The notes under the pieces were generated by a model, which was not told where the DNA came from, ran no database searches, and worked only from the letters and a program-made list of their open reading frames with translations. The position numbers and the translations under genes are program-made. A DNA stretch of 64,000 bases, from assembly GCA_963749915.1 (NCBI GenBank), contig CAVVOP010000008.1, positions 704,001-768,000 on the forward strand, read 5' to 3'. Below are positions 10,175 to 20,297 of this stretch, piece after piece. The stretch comes from an uncultured cyanobacterium (GTDB lineage Bacteria > Cyanobacteriota > Cyanobacteriia > Cyanobacteriales > Cyanobacteriaceae). Position 1 is the first letter of the stretch, and each line of letters opens with the position of its first letter.

Positions 10175-10257
10175 ACAATTGATAATTAAAAATCAACAAT
10201 TAATGTAAAGTTTGGTAAGAGTTCAATATCTTTAAACTCTAAGTTTCCAGAATCTTC

Positions 10258-10282
10258 TCCCTCTAATGAGGGATTTTTTTTT
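10258..10282 (+). terminator. intrinsic terminator after acsF
   Basis: TCCCTC-TAAT-GAGGGA followed by T9. Confidence 0.7.
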
Positions 10283-10485
10283 GCCCCATCAGTAGTTAAC
10301 TGATATTTCTTCATCTAAATTTTACACAATTTTAGTAAAGTCTAAGTATTTTTAACGATCATAATAATTATGGTATAATTGGAAACGGGATAGTCTTTTT
10401 TAAGATGTTTTCTGCCTAATAACAATCAGTACTTATCGTTGTTCGTTATTCACAATTCAATCATAAATAATCGGGAGTTAGTAAC

Positions 10486-10938
10486 GTGATTTCTATTGAA
10501 CTACCAGTTAATGTTAGTAATTGGAAAACAGTCAGTTTTGCTTCTACTTTGTATCTTTATCCTGTACTTGACTTATTATTAGAGAAAATACCCAAGCAAC
10601 TACACCCAGAAATAAGATTAGGTCTGCAAGAGGCGTTAGTTAATGCAGCAAAACACGGAAATAAACTTGATCCGAGTAAAAGAGTCGTCGTCAAGTTTTC
10701 CTATCATCGAGGACAATACTCTTGGCTAGTCTGTGACCAAGGTAGTGGATTTGTTCAAGAATGTAGTTGTCCTTTAGAGGAACCAGATTTGCCCCCAGAA
10801 GAGGCAGAAAATGGGAGAGGACTATGTATGTTACACCAGATTTTTGATCAAGTTTTATGGAATAATCAGGGTACTCAAGTTAAACTTTGCAAACAAGTTC
10901 ATAAATTTCCGAAATCCTCTTTACTCATTGCTCAATGA
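10486..10938 (+). CDS. pmgA: RsbW-like HATPase anti-sigma factor homologue PmgA
   Basis: SFASTLYLYPVLDLLL, RLGLQEALVNAAKHGN, DQGSGF and ENGRGL. Confidence 0.82.
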   Translation: MISIELPVNVSNWKTVSFASTLYLYPVLDLLLEKIPKQLHPEIRLGLQEALVNAAKHGNKLDPSKRVVVKFSYHRGQYSWLVCDQGSGFVQECSCPLEEPDLPPEEAENGRGLCMLHQIFDQVLWNNQGTQVKLCKQVHKFPKSSLLIAQ

Positions 10939-11213
10939 GATTTTTGGTGTCCATGAGTAGGACACGGTAGCGATTTTATACTACGGTTTAGCCAACCTTG
11001 GGCTTGATTAATTCTCAGTAAGGCTTCTTCTGGTTGATCATTGAGTAAATACACCAAGCTAGATGCTATTTGTTGTAATGCTTGAGCCTTACGATCATTT
11101 TTCAGTTTATGCCAATCGGAAGAACTAATAGTCGTTTTCTCCGCTAACAACTGTGCTAATTCCAAGTTACTCATCTTCGTCGCCACGGATTTTGATTCTA
11201 TATTTAAACTCAT
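10932..11213 (-). CDS. conserved cyanobacterial protein (DUF6439-like)
   Basis: LELAQLLAE..IS..DWHKLK...GWL.RSI...PCPTHG; converges on and overlaps the pmgA stop. Confidence 0.75.
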   Translation of the reverse strand: MSLNIESKSVATKMSNLELAQLLAEKTTISSSDWHKLKNDRKAQALQQIASSLVYLLNDQPEEALLRINQAQGWLNRSIKSLPCPTHGHQKSH

Positions 11214-11253
11214 GTTGTTATAATTCTCCTTAGTATCTTGTTTTTATTGTAGA

Positions 11254-11616
11254 ATGTCTGACCACGAAACTTCCGCCGATACCTCCGATTTTAACATCAC
11301 AGATGCGATCGCCAACTTAGAAGCATCTTTGGAGAAAATAAAGCAACGTCATCAACAAATAATACAAGATCAAAGTAGAAAAGGCGAACTAGAAAACCGT
11401 CAAGGGGAAATAAAAGATTTACAAGCCCAAAAGAATCAGCAAGATTCCATCAAAAGTGAATTGCATTACATCGAAAAAGAGTTAACAGAAATCGAGATGC
11501 GCTTAGAAAGTGAACTATTCAAATGGAGTAGTTTGATAGAACCTTTTTGGCTGATGGTGCGCTGTGGAGGCATCGGGGTAATTATCGGTTGGATACTAAA
11601 AACAATGAACAATTAA
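11254..11616 (+). CDS. hypothetical coiled-coil protein with C-terminal membrane anchor
   Basis: Long helical Q/E/K region then LESELF.W....EPFW..VR.GGIGVIIGWILK. Confidence 0.75.
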   Translation: MSDHETSADTSDFNITDAIANLEASLEKIKQRHQQIIQDQSRKGELENRQGEIKDLQAQKNQQDSIKSELHYIEKELTEIEMRLESELFKWSSLIEPFWLMVRCGGIGVIIGWILKTMNN

Positions 11617-11623
11617 TTTTCTT

Positions 11624-11729
11624 CTAGTGGTCTAGCAATTTTGAAATGAGGGATAGCAGGATTCTCCAAAATCTAAAATCCAAAATTATCCGTTCCCAGT
11701 CCCTCAAAACTATCTTGACAGACCACTAG
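11624..11729. mobile_element. 106-bp MITE with CTAG-terminated TIRs
   Basis: CTAGTGGTCTAGCAA ... TTGACAGACCACTAG (13/15 inverted match). Confidence 0.7.
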
Positions 11730-11791
11730 TCTTCCAGTCTTGCCGGTCTTTCTAACATGGGTCTTTCTAACAATCGCTACGCTACCAATTA

Positions 11792-12385
11792 TTAACTGTG
11801 TATTCTCGGTTCGGGATAAAGATTACTAAGTATATCGCTTTCTAACTCTGCTAATTCTTGCAATCTCTCATCTACCGTCTCTCGATCGAAATATTGCGTT
11901 GCTAATACCCAGTAAATACCATAGTGTCTTGCCTCCGAAGCCATTAAACCTCGATAAAATTTAGCTAAATCAACATCAGGACAATGATCAGCTAATAAAC
12001 CTAGTCTTTCATGGGATCGAGCTTCAATTAACGCCGATACTAATAAAGAGTCTAAAAGCCGATAAGGTTCCTGTCTTCTGATGGCCTCTTTTAAGGTTGC
12101 ACCATAGGGAGAAGGTTTTAAAGGTGCAAGGGGAATACCTTTTTTTTCTAACCATTGGTTAACCTGCTCAAAATGCTCTAATTCTTCCTTAGCGATCGCT
12201 GTAAGTTGATGAATTAAAGCTTCATGGGAAGGATAACGAAATAACATATTCACTGCTACTCCTGCCGCTTTACGTTCACAGTGAGAATGATCAAGTAATA
12301 TTACATCTAAGTTACGTAGAGCCTGTTGTAACCATGATTCGTGAGTGGGTTGACAAAGTAGCCTGATTTTAGTATAAGTTGACAC
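11792..12385 (-). CDS. miaE: tRNA-(ms2io6A37) hydroxylase MiaE
   Basis: LLDHSHCERKAA, EELEHF, IEARSHER and SEARHY diiron motifs. Confidence 0.9.
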   Translation of the reverse strand: MSTYTKIRLLCQPTHESWLQQALRNLDVILLDHSHCERKAAGVAVNMLFRYPSHEALIHQLTAIAKEELEHFEQVNQWLEKKGIPLAPLKPSPYGATLKEAIRRQEPYRLLDSLLVSALIEARSHERLGLLADHCPDVDLAKFYRGLMASEARHYGIYWVLATQYFDRETVDERLQELAELESDILSNLYPEPRIHS

Positions 12386-12494
12386 AAGTTTAATTGAATA
12401 TAAATATTTGGTGACTTAAAAATAATAAAATAATTTGGGCTACACTAAATTGTAGAATCTGTAAATTAAGACCTAAAATTAACATAATACAGGA

Positions 12495-13244
12495 ATGAGT
12501 AACAAAAGATTGGTAATTGGAGATGTTCACGGTCACTATGATGCTTTATCAGGATTATTAGAACATATTTCCCCAGATAAAGATGATGAAGTTTATTTTC
12601 TTGGAGATTTAATTGATCGTGGTCCTCAAAGTGCCCAAGTAGTAGAATTCGTTATGAAGAATAACTATAATTGTATTCAGGGTAACCATGAAATTATGTT
12701 AATCGATGCGTTAGGTGGAGAACAAGTAAATCACAGAATGTTGCAAGGGTGGCTACAGAATGGAGGCAACAGTACAGTCATTAGTTACGGTCAAAAAATG
12801 CCTTCCATTGAGCATATCGAATGGATTAAAACTCTACCTCTATACTTTGACTTAGATGATTATTGGTTAGTTCATGCCGGAGTAGATCCTCACCTGACAC
12901 TGGAACAACAATCTTCTGATCAATTTTGTTGGATTCGCAGACAATTTCACAGTAGCCATAAGCCATATTTCAATGATAAAACTATCATTATCGGTCATAC
13001 TATTACCTTTACGTTTAAAGGACTAAAACCAGGTCAGTTAGCCACTGGAGAAGGTTGGATTGGCATTGACACCGGAGTTTATCATCGTGAACAGGGATGG
13101 TTAACGGCCTTAGAATTAAATGATTCTATGGTGTATCAGGTGGATAGTTTTGGTAAAAATTTTCGTAAATTTCCTTTAACTGAAACTCTTATTCCTATTA
13201 ATACCCGTAAATTATTAGATCGTCGTCAAAAGATCTTATTTTAA
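12495..13244 (+). CDS. metallophosphoesterase (PPP-family Ser/Thr phosphatase)
   Basis: GDVHG, GDLIDRG, GNHE, HAG, GHT and IDTG motifs. Confidence 0.9.
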   Translation: MSNKRLVIGDVHGHYDALSGLLEHISPDKDDEVYFLGDLIDRGPQSAQVVEFVMKNNYNCIQGNHEIMLIDALGGEQVNHRMLQGWLQNGGNSTVISYGQKMPSIEHIEWIKTLPLYFDLDDYWLVHAGVDPHLTLEQQSSDQFCWIRRQFHSSHKPYFNDKTIIIGHTITFTFKGLKPGQLATGEGWIGIDTGVYHREQGWLTALELNDSMVYQVDSFGKNFRKFPLTETLIPINTRKLLDRRQKILF

Positions 13245-13521
13245 TTAATTAACAGTTAATTTTTTTCTAGGAATCCGTCATACTTAAGGGGTTAAGTTGT
13301 CAAAATACAATACATATGTTCAGCGAAAATACCAAAACAAGACCCCTCAGTAAATTTACTTAATTTTGGATGCTCTGAGGTCTTTAAAGTCGCAAAAATT
13401 CCAGGTCCTACAGACTCTAGCGGAAGAATGCAGAATTGAGAATGTAGAATGAAAAACCTTTAATTTTCAGGGCTTACAAGAATTTTAAACTCCCTTTTTA
13501 TTTCCTCACTCTGTCACTGGA

Positions 13522-13740
13522 TTATAAATAATAGTGTAACAACCGCCTGATTTTGTTTTTTAGATTAGTTCGATGACTGCCAATAGGATAATGAATGGCT
13601 AATAAAGGTAATTTAAAAAATCCGGGTGCACTGTAATTAGAAGATAAGTTAATTCCTGCTGCGGTTTTAAATAAATAAGCCCCATAACAAAAAGCGATCG
13701 CCATAGATAATTTAGTCAATAAAATTACTTTTTTGTTCAT
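13522..13740 (-). CDS. small hypothetical membrane protein
   Basis: 72-aa ORF with N-terminal hydrophobic helix and an internal HIP1 site. Confidence 0.5.
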   Translation of the reverse strand: MNKKVILLTKLSMAIAFCYGAYLFKTAAGINLSSNYSAPGFFKLPLLAIHYPIGSHRTNLKNKIRRLLHYYL

Positions 13741-13883
13741 TTAAAAAAAAATTAGTAATAGATTTTTCCATAGTAGAACAATTAAAAGTTAATTATCTGG
13801 TTACAACACACATGATTTTGCCATTCCTTGGCTCCAATACTACTCGGAAGCGTGCCAAAAACATTAGGGCGAAGGAAAAGAAA

Positions 13884-13922
13884 GTAATAGGTAATAGGTA
13901 ATAGGTAATAGGTAATAGGTAA
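13884..13922. repeat. heptamer tandem repeat (GTAATAG)x5.5 (STRR-type)
   Basis: Five perfect units plus a partial unit. Confidence 0.9.
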
Positions 13923-13970
13923 GTAGTATGAAGTTTTTGTAAAGCTTTAGCTAATAAAAGAGACAAGACA

Positions 13971-14149
13971 ATGCCTGTAACAAGTAAACAACCTTATCCC
14001 ATCGGATCGGAGACAGCATCTATCCATTATCCAACTTCGGAACATGGGATATAGCCCAAGCCGAAGCCCTCATTCTTGGCAATAACCTAGTCACTATCAA
14101 TGATGCCAAAGAACAAACCTTCTTACGATTCGGATCGGTCAATAAATAA
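13971..14149 (+). pseudogene. C-type lectin domain gene remnant
   Basis: Removing the 5-bp duplication ATCGG (14001-14010) gives MPVTSKQPYPIGDSIYPLSNFGTWDIAQAEALILGNNLVTINDAKEQTFL, matching the CTLD start (TW..AQAEA..LGGNLVTIND..E..FL); then truncated. Confidence 0.7.
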
Positions 14150-14326
14150 CGATCGCATTGTGGGGGATGGCTCGATAATTCCATTTCGGCAACAAATCAT
14201 AAAATACGATCTTGAAAAAGCGACAATAATTGATTGTGTTGATACTCCCTCACTTTTATTTTTCAACAAAGATAACTAAAACGAAAATATTTAAACCAAC
14301 AATTTATCACAAGTAAATACAAAACT

Positions 14327-14508
14327 ATGGCTATTATTTCGGGAACCCCAACTAATGGAAACGACAACATTATTGCCGATGGAGCTAATGACTTTATCAA
14401 TGCACTAGCGGGTGACGATACAGTTGATGGCGGAGCTGGCAATGAGGAGAGGGGGACGACATCATTACTAAAGGAGCGGGGAATGATAATATCGAGCGAT
14501 TCAACATC
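14327..14508 (+). pseudogene. RTX/hemolysin-type calcium-binding protein 5' remnant
   Basis: GNDNI, GANDFI, AGDDTVDGGAGN then, in a shifted frame, GEGDDIITKGAGNDNIE; cut by the IS982 end. Confidence 0.7.
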
Positions 14509-15177
14509 ACCTGAGTTCACCTGAGTTCGATATAAGAAAATAGTCTCAAACTCTTAACTTGTATGAGTTTTGGGTTTATACTATTTTTCGCTATTTTACA
14601 ATTCTTAATGTATTAAAAGTTCTACTAATCGGCTTTAAACTACATTTAATTATTAATGAATTGGGAGAAATATTGGCATTTCAAATAACAAAAGGTAATG
14701 TGGACGATAGAAAAACAGTACTTTATTTAACGAAGGATTTATGGGGTCGATTATTTGGAGATAAGGGCTACATTTCTCAAGATTTATTTCAACAATTATG
14801 GCTGAAAAATATTAAATTAATAACACCATTCAAAAAAAAGATGAATAATAAATTATTAGAATTATGGGAAAAATTAATGTTAAGAAAAAGGTCATTAATT
14901 GAGACAGTAAATGATCAGCTACAAAATATATCACAAATAGTGCATTCTCGTCACAGAAGTCCAATTAGTTTTTTAGTGAATGCCGTGGCAGGATTAATAG
15001 CTTATTATCTGCATTAGTAATTTAATTTTTTATCCATATAAAAATAAATAAAATCACAGCTAAAAATGGTTATTTTAGCTGTGATTTGTTCGGCGTATTT
15101 GTTGTTGAAAATTAACATAAAGGTCAAAATACTTGACATACCTTATTTTCAGTTTTATTGTTACATCGAACTCAGGT
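14509..15177 (+). mobile_element. internally deleted IS982-family element
   Basis: TIRs ACCTGAGTTCGATATAA (14519; first 10 bp duplicated at 14509) and TTACATCGAACTCAGGT (ends 15177); transposase C-half GFKLHLIINE.GE, NVDDRK, LFGDKGYIS, RKRSLIETVNDQL, HSRHRS. Confidence 0.88.
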
Positions 15178-15259
15178 ATTCATGCACTTATTTCCAGTGG
15201 TATGATTAATTTAAATAAATGTGTCAGGCAGTCAGGTATTGGGGTTAGTCTTCCCTTTC

Positions 15260-15988
15260 TTAGAGATAAATATAATAGTAAAAGTTAGGTTGAATCCGTG
15301 AATTAATGGCGATACTCATAATATAATTATCGGATAAATTCCGTGTTTTTAACTGCCAGTTATTATCTTCTTCTTGATCTTTTTTTTTCTTAAGAAACTT
15401 AATTTTTTGATTATTTTCGTCTAAGGTTAAACAAATACTGTCCAACCCCGCTGATAATCCTTCTCCGATGGCTTTTAAATAGGCTTCTTTTATTGTCCAT
15501 AATTTAAAAAAATATTCAACTTTTTTCTCTGATGATAAGTTAATTATATAATGAGATTCTTCCTCACAAAAAAAACGTTTAGCAATGTTTTCTACTTGCA
15601 CTTTATCATCAATTTTTTCTAAGTCAATACCTATCTTCTCTTTACTGATCCCATAAACAGCATAATTATTTTTATGGGAAAGGTTAAACTCTATTTTAGG
15701 AAAGATTTCTCTGTCTAATAGTGGTTTTCCTTTTTGGTTATAAATAAAGGAAATTTTCTGAGGTTTGATTCCTAAATATCTACTTAAAATTATCCTTAAG
15801 CATCCCCGACTAATTATAAAACTTTCTTGTAGGAAACTGGAGTAAAATCTCTTAGCTTTTTCCTGTTCCTCCCGTGATAAGATTTCTCTAAATTTATTAA
15901 CATTCTCTCCATAACTTTCTATATCGAGCATCCAAATATGGACATCATTATGAGTTAAACTTAAATCTTGTGGTGGTTTATCCCACAT
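15260..15988 (-). CDS. Sfp/HetI-type 4'-phosphopantetheinyl transferase
   Basis: GKP, FNLSH, IGIDLE and FFKLWTIKEAYLKAIGEGL. Confidence 0.9.
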   Translation of the reverse strand: MWDKPPQDLSLTHNDVHIWMLDIESYGENVNKFREILSREEQEKAKRFYSSFLQESFIISRGCLRIILSRYLGIKPQKISFIYNQKGKPLLDREIFPKIEFNLSHKNNYAVYGISKEKIGIDLEKIDDKVQVENIAKRFFCEEESHYIINLSSEKKVEYFFKLWTIKEAYLKAIGEGLSAGLDSICLTLDENNQKIKFLKKKKDQEEDNNWQLKTRNLSDNYIMSIAINSRIQPNFYYYIYL

Positions 15989-16015
15989 ATATATAATATT
16001 TAAAATAATTAAATA

Positions 16016-17005
16016 ATGGTGAAATTACAAGACATTGGAGAACATCAATTATTAGCAATAATTCGCCAATATTGTGATCAAGAAAAAATCGGGGATGATG
16101 GTGCTGTCCTTAACGTTAACCGCAGTAAAAAATTAGTGGTCACTACCGATATTCTAGTGGAAAATGTCCATTTTAGCCATCGCACTACTCCTCCCCATTC
16201 TATCGGTTATCGTGCCGCCGCTGCTAATTTGTCGGACTTAGCTGCTATGGGGGCAACACCCATTGGTCTCACCGTTGGTTTATCCCTAAGGAAAGAGGTG
16301 GAAATTTCATGGATAGAATCAGTCTATCAAGGCATCCAAGAATGTCTTGCGAAATTTACTACTAGGATTGTAGGTGGAGACACCACACGTTCAGCAGTAA
16401 ATACCATCGCCATTACCGCTTTGGGAGAAGTAAGGCAAAATCAAGCAATCTATCGACACACCGCTGAAGTGGGAGACTTAATTGTCATAACAGGTTGTCA
16501 TGGACTAGCAAGGGCAGGGTTAGAAATATTGCTAAATCCTGAAAAATATCCTCATATAACCACAGAAACAAGGAGAAAGGTGATTTTTGCCCACCAATAC
16601 CCTCAACCCCGTTTGGATGTGATTAAACGCATTAAAAACCTTAATCCTTACCCTAAAATTACGGGCATGGATAGCAGTGACGGATTAGCCGATGCTATTT
16701 TGCAAATTTGTCAAATGAGTCATGTCGGTGCGAGGATTAACCGCCGAAAAATTCCTATTCCTTTAGCCATAAGAGAAATAACGGATGATGAAACCGCTTT
16801 AAATTGGGTATTATATGGGGGGGAAGACTTTGAGTTAGTTGTCTGTGTGGAGAGAGAAATTGGACAATATTTCAAACTAAATTTAGGAGAAAACTGTCAT
16901 ATCATAGGTGAAATTGTTGCATCATCTGAGATACAATTAGTTGATCCTGAAAATATCTATCCCAAACTTTTGTTAAATCAAGAGAAAACTTTTCAGCATT
17001 TTTAG
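16016..17005 (+). CDS. thiL: thiamine-monophosphate kinase
   Basis: IGDDGA, TTDILVENVHF, NLSDLAAMGA, GGDT, MDSSDGL and GGEDFEL. Confidence 0.95.
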   Translation: MVKLQDIGEHQLLAIIRQYCDQEKIGDDGAVLNVNRSKKLVVTTDILVENVHFSHRTTPPHSIGYRAAAANLSDLAAMGATPIGLTVGLSLRKEVEISWIESVYQGIQECLAKFTTRIVGGDTTRSAVNTIAITALGEVRQNQAIYRHTAEVGDLIVITGCHGLARAGLEILLNPEKYPHITTETRRKVIFAHQYPQPRLDVIKRIKNLNPYPKITGMDSSDGLADAILQICQMSHVGARINRRKIPIPLAIREITDDETALNWVLYGGEDFELVVCVEREIGQYFKLNLGENCHIIGEIVASSEIQLVDPENIYPKLLLNQEKTFQHF

Positions 17006-17074
17006 CTATACTAATCTATAGTCCATAGTTATTAATCCATCTACTCCCTATAATCTTTAAGTGTTAATCAAATC

Positions 17075-17446
17075 ATGATTAAAATTTTAGTTGTCGATGA
17101 TAATCATACTCCCAGAGAAGTGATCTGCGAAGCACTGAAGCAATTTAATATTCAAGTAAAAGAAGCCGAAAATGGGGTAGAGGCGACAAAAATTTTAGAA
17201 GAAGAAAAAATGAATTTAGTAATTACAGATGTAGTTATGCCAGAAATGAATGGTTATGAATTATGTCGTTGGATAAAAACTAACCCCGCCACAGAAAAGG
17301 TACCCGTAATTATTTGCTCAACTAAAGGAGAAGATTTTGACATTCACTGGGCAACGAAACAAGGTGCTGATGCCTATATTATCAAGCCTTTTAAAACGAT
17401 GGAATTACTCAAAACTATCAAGTATTTACTGAAGCATAATGTCTAA
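17075..17446 (+). CDS. single-domain CheY/PilH-like response regulator
   Basis: ILVVDD, TDVVMPEMNGYELCR, GADAYIIKPF; no output domain. Confidence 0.88.
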   Translation: MIKILVVDDNHTPREVICEALKQFNIQVKEAENGVEATKILEEEKMNLVITDVVMPEMNGYELCRWIKTNPATEKVPVIICSTKGEDFDIHWATKQGADAYIIKPFKTMELLKTIKYLLKHNV

Positions 17447-17593
17447 ATGGAGGCGACTAAAAAAGTTTTGTGGGGAGAAAAGGGAATAGGGAATAGTGAA
17501 CAGATCCAGTTTTATTCAAATACTTTTAGAATAATCAGTTCAAATGCTTCTGGGGTTACTTATTATTTATTACTTACTTATTGAAATTCTTCC

Positions 17594-18916
17594 ATGAATA
17601 ACGATTCCATAACTGTAATTGGTGGTGGTTTAGCAGGTACAGAAGCCGCATGGCAAATCGCTCAGGCAGGTATTTCCGTTAATTTGTACGAAATGCGTCC
17701 TGTAGTTAAAAGTCCTGCTCATCATAGTGAAGAATTGGCCGAATTAGTGTGTAGTAACTCTTTCGGTGCTGATGCCACAGATCGAGCGGCAGGATTGTTA
17801 CATGAAGAGTTACGTTATCTTAACTCCATTGTCATTCAAACTGCCGATCGCCACCGTGTACCTGCAGGAGGAGCGTTGGCAGTGGATCGAGGAGTTTTTA
17901 GTCAAGAATTAACCCAAACCCTTGCTAATCATCCTTTAATCACCCTTAGACGAGAAGAAATTAAGGTGATACCAGCTGATGGGATTGTCGTATTAGCCAC
18001 AGGTCCTCTTACAAGTCCACCTTTAGCCCAAGACTTGCAAAATTTGACGGGGATGGATTACCTGAACTTTTTTGATGCCGCTAGTCCTATTGTTGTGGGA
18101 GAATCGATAAATAAAGACATTGCCTTTCTTGCGTCTCGTTACGATAAAGGAGAGGCCGCATATTTGAATTGCCCCATGAATAAAGAGGAGTATTTGCATT
18201 TTTGGCAAGAATTACGTCAAGCCCAACAAGCGGAATTGAAGGATTTTGAACGAGAAAATGCCAACTTTTTTGAAGCCTGTTTACCCATAGAAGAATTAGC
18301 ACAACGGGGAGAAGATACCATGAGATATGGTCCGTTAAAACCCATCGGGTTATTTGATGCTCGTTTGGGAAATTTTAAGGAACATAAAGATAAGCGTCCC
18401 TATGCAGTGGTGCAATTGCGCCAGGAAGATAAAGCCGGACAGTTGTGGAACCTGGTAGGTTTTCAAACAAATTTACGATGGGGAGAACAACAAAGGGTAT
18501 TTCGGATCATTCCGGGGTTGGAAAATGCCGAATTTGTGAGGATGGGAGTAATGCACCAAAACACCTTTTTAAATGCACCCCAATTGTTAAAAAATACTTT
18601 ACAGTTTAAATACCGAGATACATTGTTAGCGGCGGGTCAAATTATCGGCACTGAAGGTTATACGGCAGCGGCGGCAGGGGGATGGTTAGCGGGGACAAAT
18701 GCTGCTAGGGTGGCTCAAAATAAACAACCTTTAACTCTTCCCAGGGTCACCATGATGGGTGCTTTATTCGAGTTTATCAGCACCGCAGACCCTAAGCATT
18801 TTCAACCAATGCCTCCGAATTTTGGCATTATTCCCACCTTTTCTGAAAAAATACGCAATAAAAGAGAACGTTATCAAGCCTATGCGATGCGATCGTTAAA
18901 TGCTATTAAGGAATGA
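17594..18916 (+). CDS. trmFO: methylenetetrahydrofolate--tRNA-(uracil-5)-methyltransferase
   Basis: [38 protein letters not shown] and GQIIGTEGY. Confidence 0.95.
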   Translation: MNNDSITVIGGGLAGTEAAWQIAQAGISVNLYEMRPVVKSPAHHSEELAELVCSNSFGADATDRAAGLLHEELRYLNSIVIQTADRHRVPAGGALAVDRGVFSQELTQTLANHPLITLRREEIKVIPADGIVVLATGPLTSPPLAQDLQNLTGMDYLNFFDAASPIVVGESINKDIAFLASRYDKGEAAYLNCPMNKEEYLHFWQELRQAQQAELKDFERENANFFEACLPIEELAQRGEDTMRYGPLKPIGLFDARLGNFKEHKDKRPYAVVQLRQEDKAGQLWNLVGFQTNLRWGEQQRVFRIIPGLENAEFVRMGVMHQNTFLNAPQLLKNTLQFKYRDTLLAAGQIIGTEGYTAAAAGGWLAGTNAARVAQNKQPLTLPRVTMMGALFEFISTADPKHFQPMPPNFGIIPTFSEKIRNKRERYQAYAMRSLNAIKE

Positions 18917-19014
18917 GAATTTAAACGGAAACCTTGCTATAAAAAAGAGTTTCGGTTTTTTATTATCCGGCAATGGTTATTAGAGTTCACCGAAGAAGAA
19001 AAGATTAACCGCCA

Positions 19015-19134
19015 ATGAAAGAATACTTAAAAGTGGCAAAAAAAAAGAAAGTAAAAATTGAAGTTGGGGAAGAAGCGATCAAAAAGCAATTATCATATAT
19101 GAAGAGGAATTTAGAAAGTATTGGTAAGTTAATT
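19015..19134 (+). mobile_element. IS5-family transposase internal fragment truncated by MITE copy 2
   Basis: KEYLKVAKKKK.....EAIKKQLSYMKRNLESIGKLI resembles the recalled cyanobacterial IS5 segment YL.VAKK....RKAIKKQLQYIKRNL. Confidence 0.6.
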
Positions 19135-19429
19135 CTGGTTCTAACGGATTTTGTGGTCAACCAGTTTTTAGGGGTCTTCGACCATTCATCGAACTGGCAA
19201 TTAGCAAATTGTGCAGCCAGTTGTGATGGTATTGAAATTCATTGAGGTCTTTAAAGGGCGAAATCCGCTCAGAGTCTGATGAGCAAGTTCTTGAAGAATA
19301 GGGATGAAAATTCCACACCAGTGCCATCGAGGGTACATAGAGTCGAGCTGATTCTTTCGTGCCGTGAAAGTATTGCAGTGTCGGCGATCGCCCTTGATTT
19401 CTAATGACCACAAAATCCGTTAGAACCAG
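19135..19429 (-). mobile_element. 295-bp MITE, copy 2 (inverted relative to copy 1)
   Basis: Same 25-bp TIRs, length and ORF translations as 6076-6370. Confidence 0.9.
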
Positions 19430-19560
19430 CTTTGTTCAACCTTGATTATTTAAGTGATTTAGAATTATGGTTAGAAGATAACACTTAATATCATCGATAT
19501 TAAATAGCCCCATTGAGTTTCGCTACAATCAAGAAAATAGCTAAAAAGCATGGATTTAAA

Positions 19561-20202
19561 ATGATTGCCGTTGTTACACCCCAAAAAATCCAGTTATCTC
19601 CAGGTACAGTAGTTCATTTGCTTGGTACATGGGAAGACTATCAAGTATTAATTGAACAACGAGGAGATAAAGCTAACCCACGCATCAAATATCGAGTAGG
19701 AGAAATTTTATTAATGTCCCCCCTTCCTAAACATGGACGAGAAGCCAATACCATCGCTGACCTGATTAAGGTTTTGCTAGATCACTTAGGACAGAAATAT
19801 GAAGCTTTCACACCCATGACAATGGATTTGCTGGAAATAGGTGGCATTGAACCTGACTATAGTTTTTATATTGATAATTGGGAAGTGGCAGTGGGGAAAG
19901 ATCGGATTGATTGGAGTACAGAACCACCACCGGATTTAGTCCTAGAAATTGATGTCACCAGTTACACTGATGTTAATGATTATCTGCCTTATAAAGTCCC
20001 TGAAGTTTGGATATACAAGAAAAATCAACTCATGATTTATGTCCTAGAAACAGATAGCTACTCTCTTGTCTCTAATAGTCGCTATTTTCCTAATCTTAAT
20101 GTAAAGGAAATTGTGTCAGAATATATAGAACTTGCCAGACAAAGCAGTTCAAGTGTGGCAATGGGTATCTTAAGAAGTCGTTTTCCCAGTACTTTCAATT
20201 GA
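19561..20202 (+). CDS. Uma2 (DUF820) family putative endonuclease
   Basis: GTWEDY, LMSPLPKHG, GIEPDYSFYI, PPDLVLEIDVTS and VPEVWIY; ATG at 19561 preferred. Confidence 0.88.
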   Translation: MIAVVTPQKIQLSPGTVVHLLGTWEDYQVLIEQRGDKANPRIKYRVGEILLMSPLPKHGREANTIADLIKVLLDHLGQKYEAFTPMTMDLLEIGGIEPDYSFYIDNWEVAVGKDRIDWSTEPPPDLVLEIDVTSYTDVNDYLPYKVPEVWIYKKNQLMIYVLETDSYSLVSNSRYFPNLNVKEIVSEYIELARQSSSSVAMGILRSRFPSTFN

Positions 20203-20216
20203 TACGAACTATTAGC

Positions 20217-20297
20217 GAACGAGCAGAGCAAGAAAAACAACGAGCAGAGCTTTTTGCCGCACAATTACAAGCTTTAGGGGTTGAGGTCGATTGTTGA
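20217..20297 (+). pseudogene. orphan coiled-coil tail typical of Uma2-family proteins
   Basis: Translates ERAEQEKQRAELFAAQLQALGVEVDC*, out of frame with the upstream gene. Confidence 0.6.

Noticed and set aside
13268..13420. Possible IS end CTAGGAATCCGTCA and MITE
   Set aside because: No convincing partner TIR or second copy in the window
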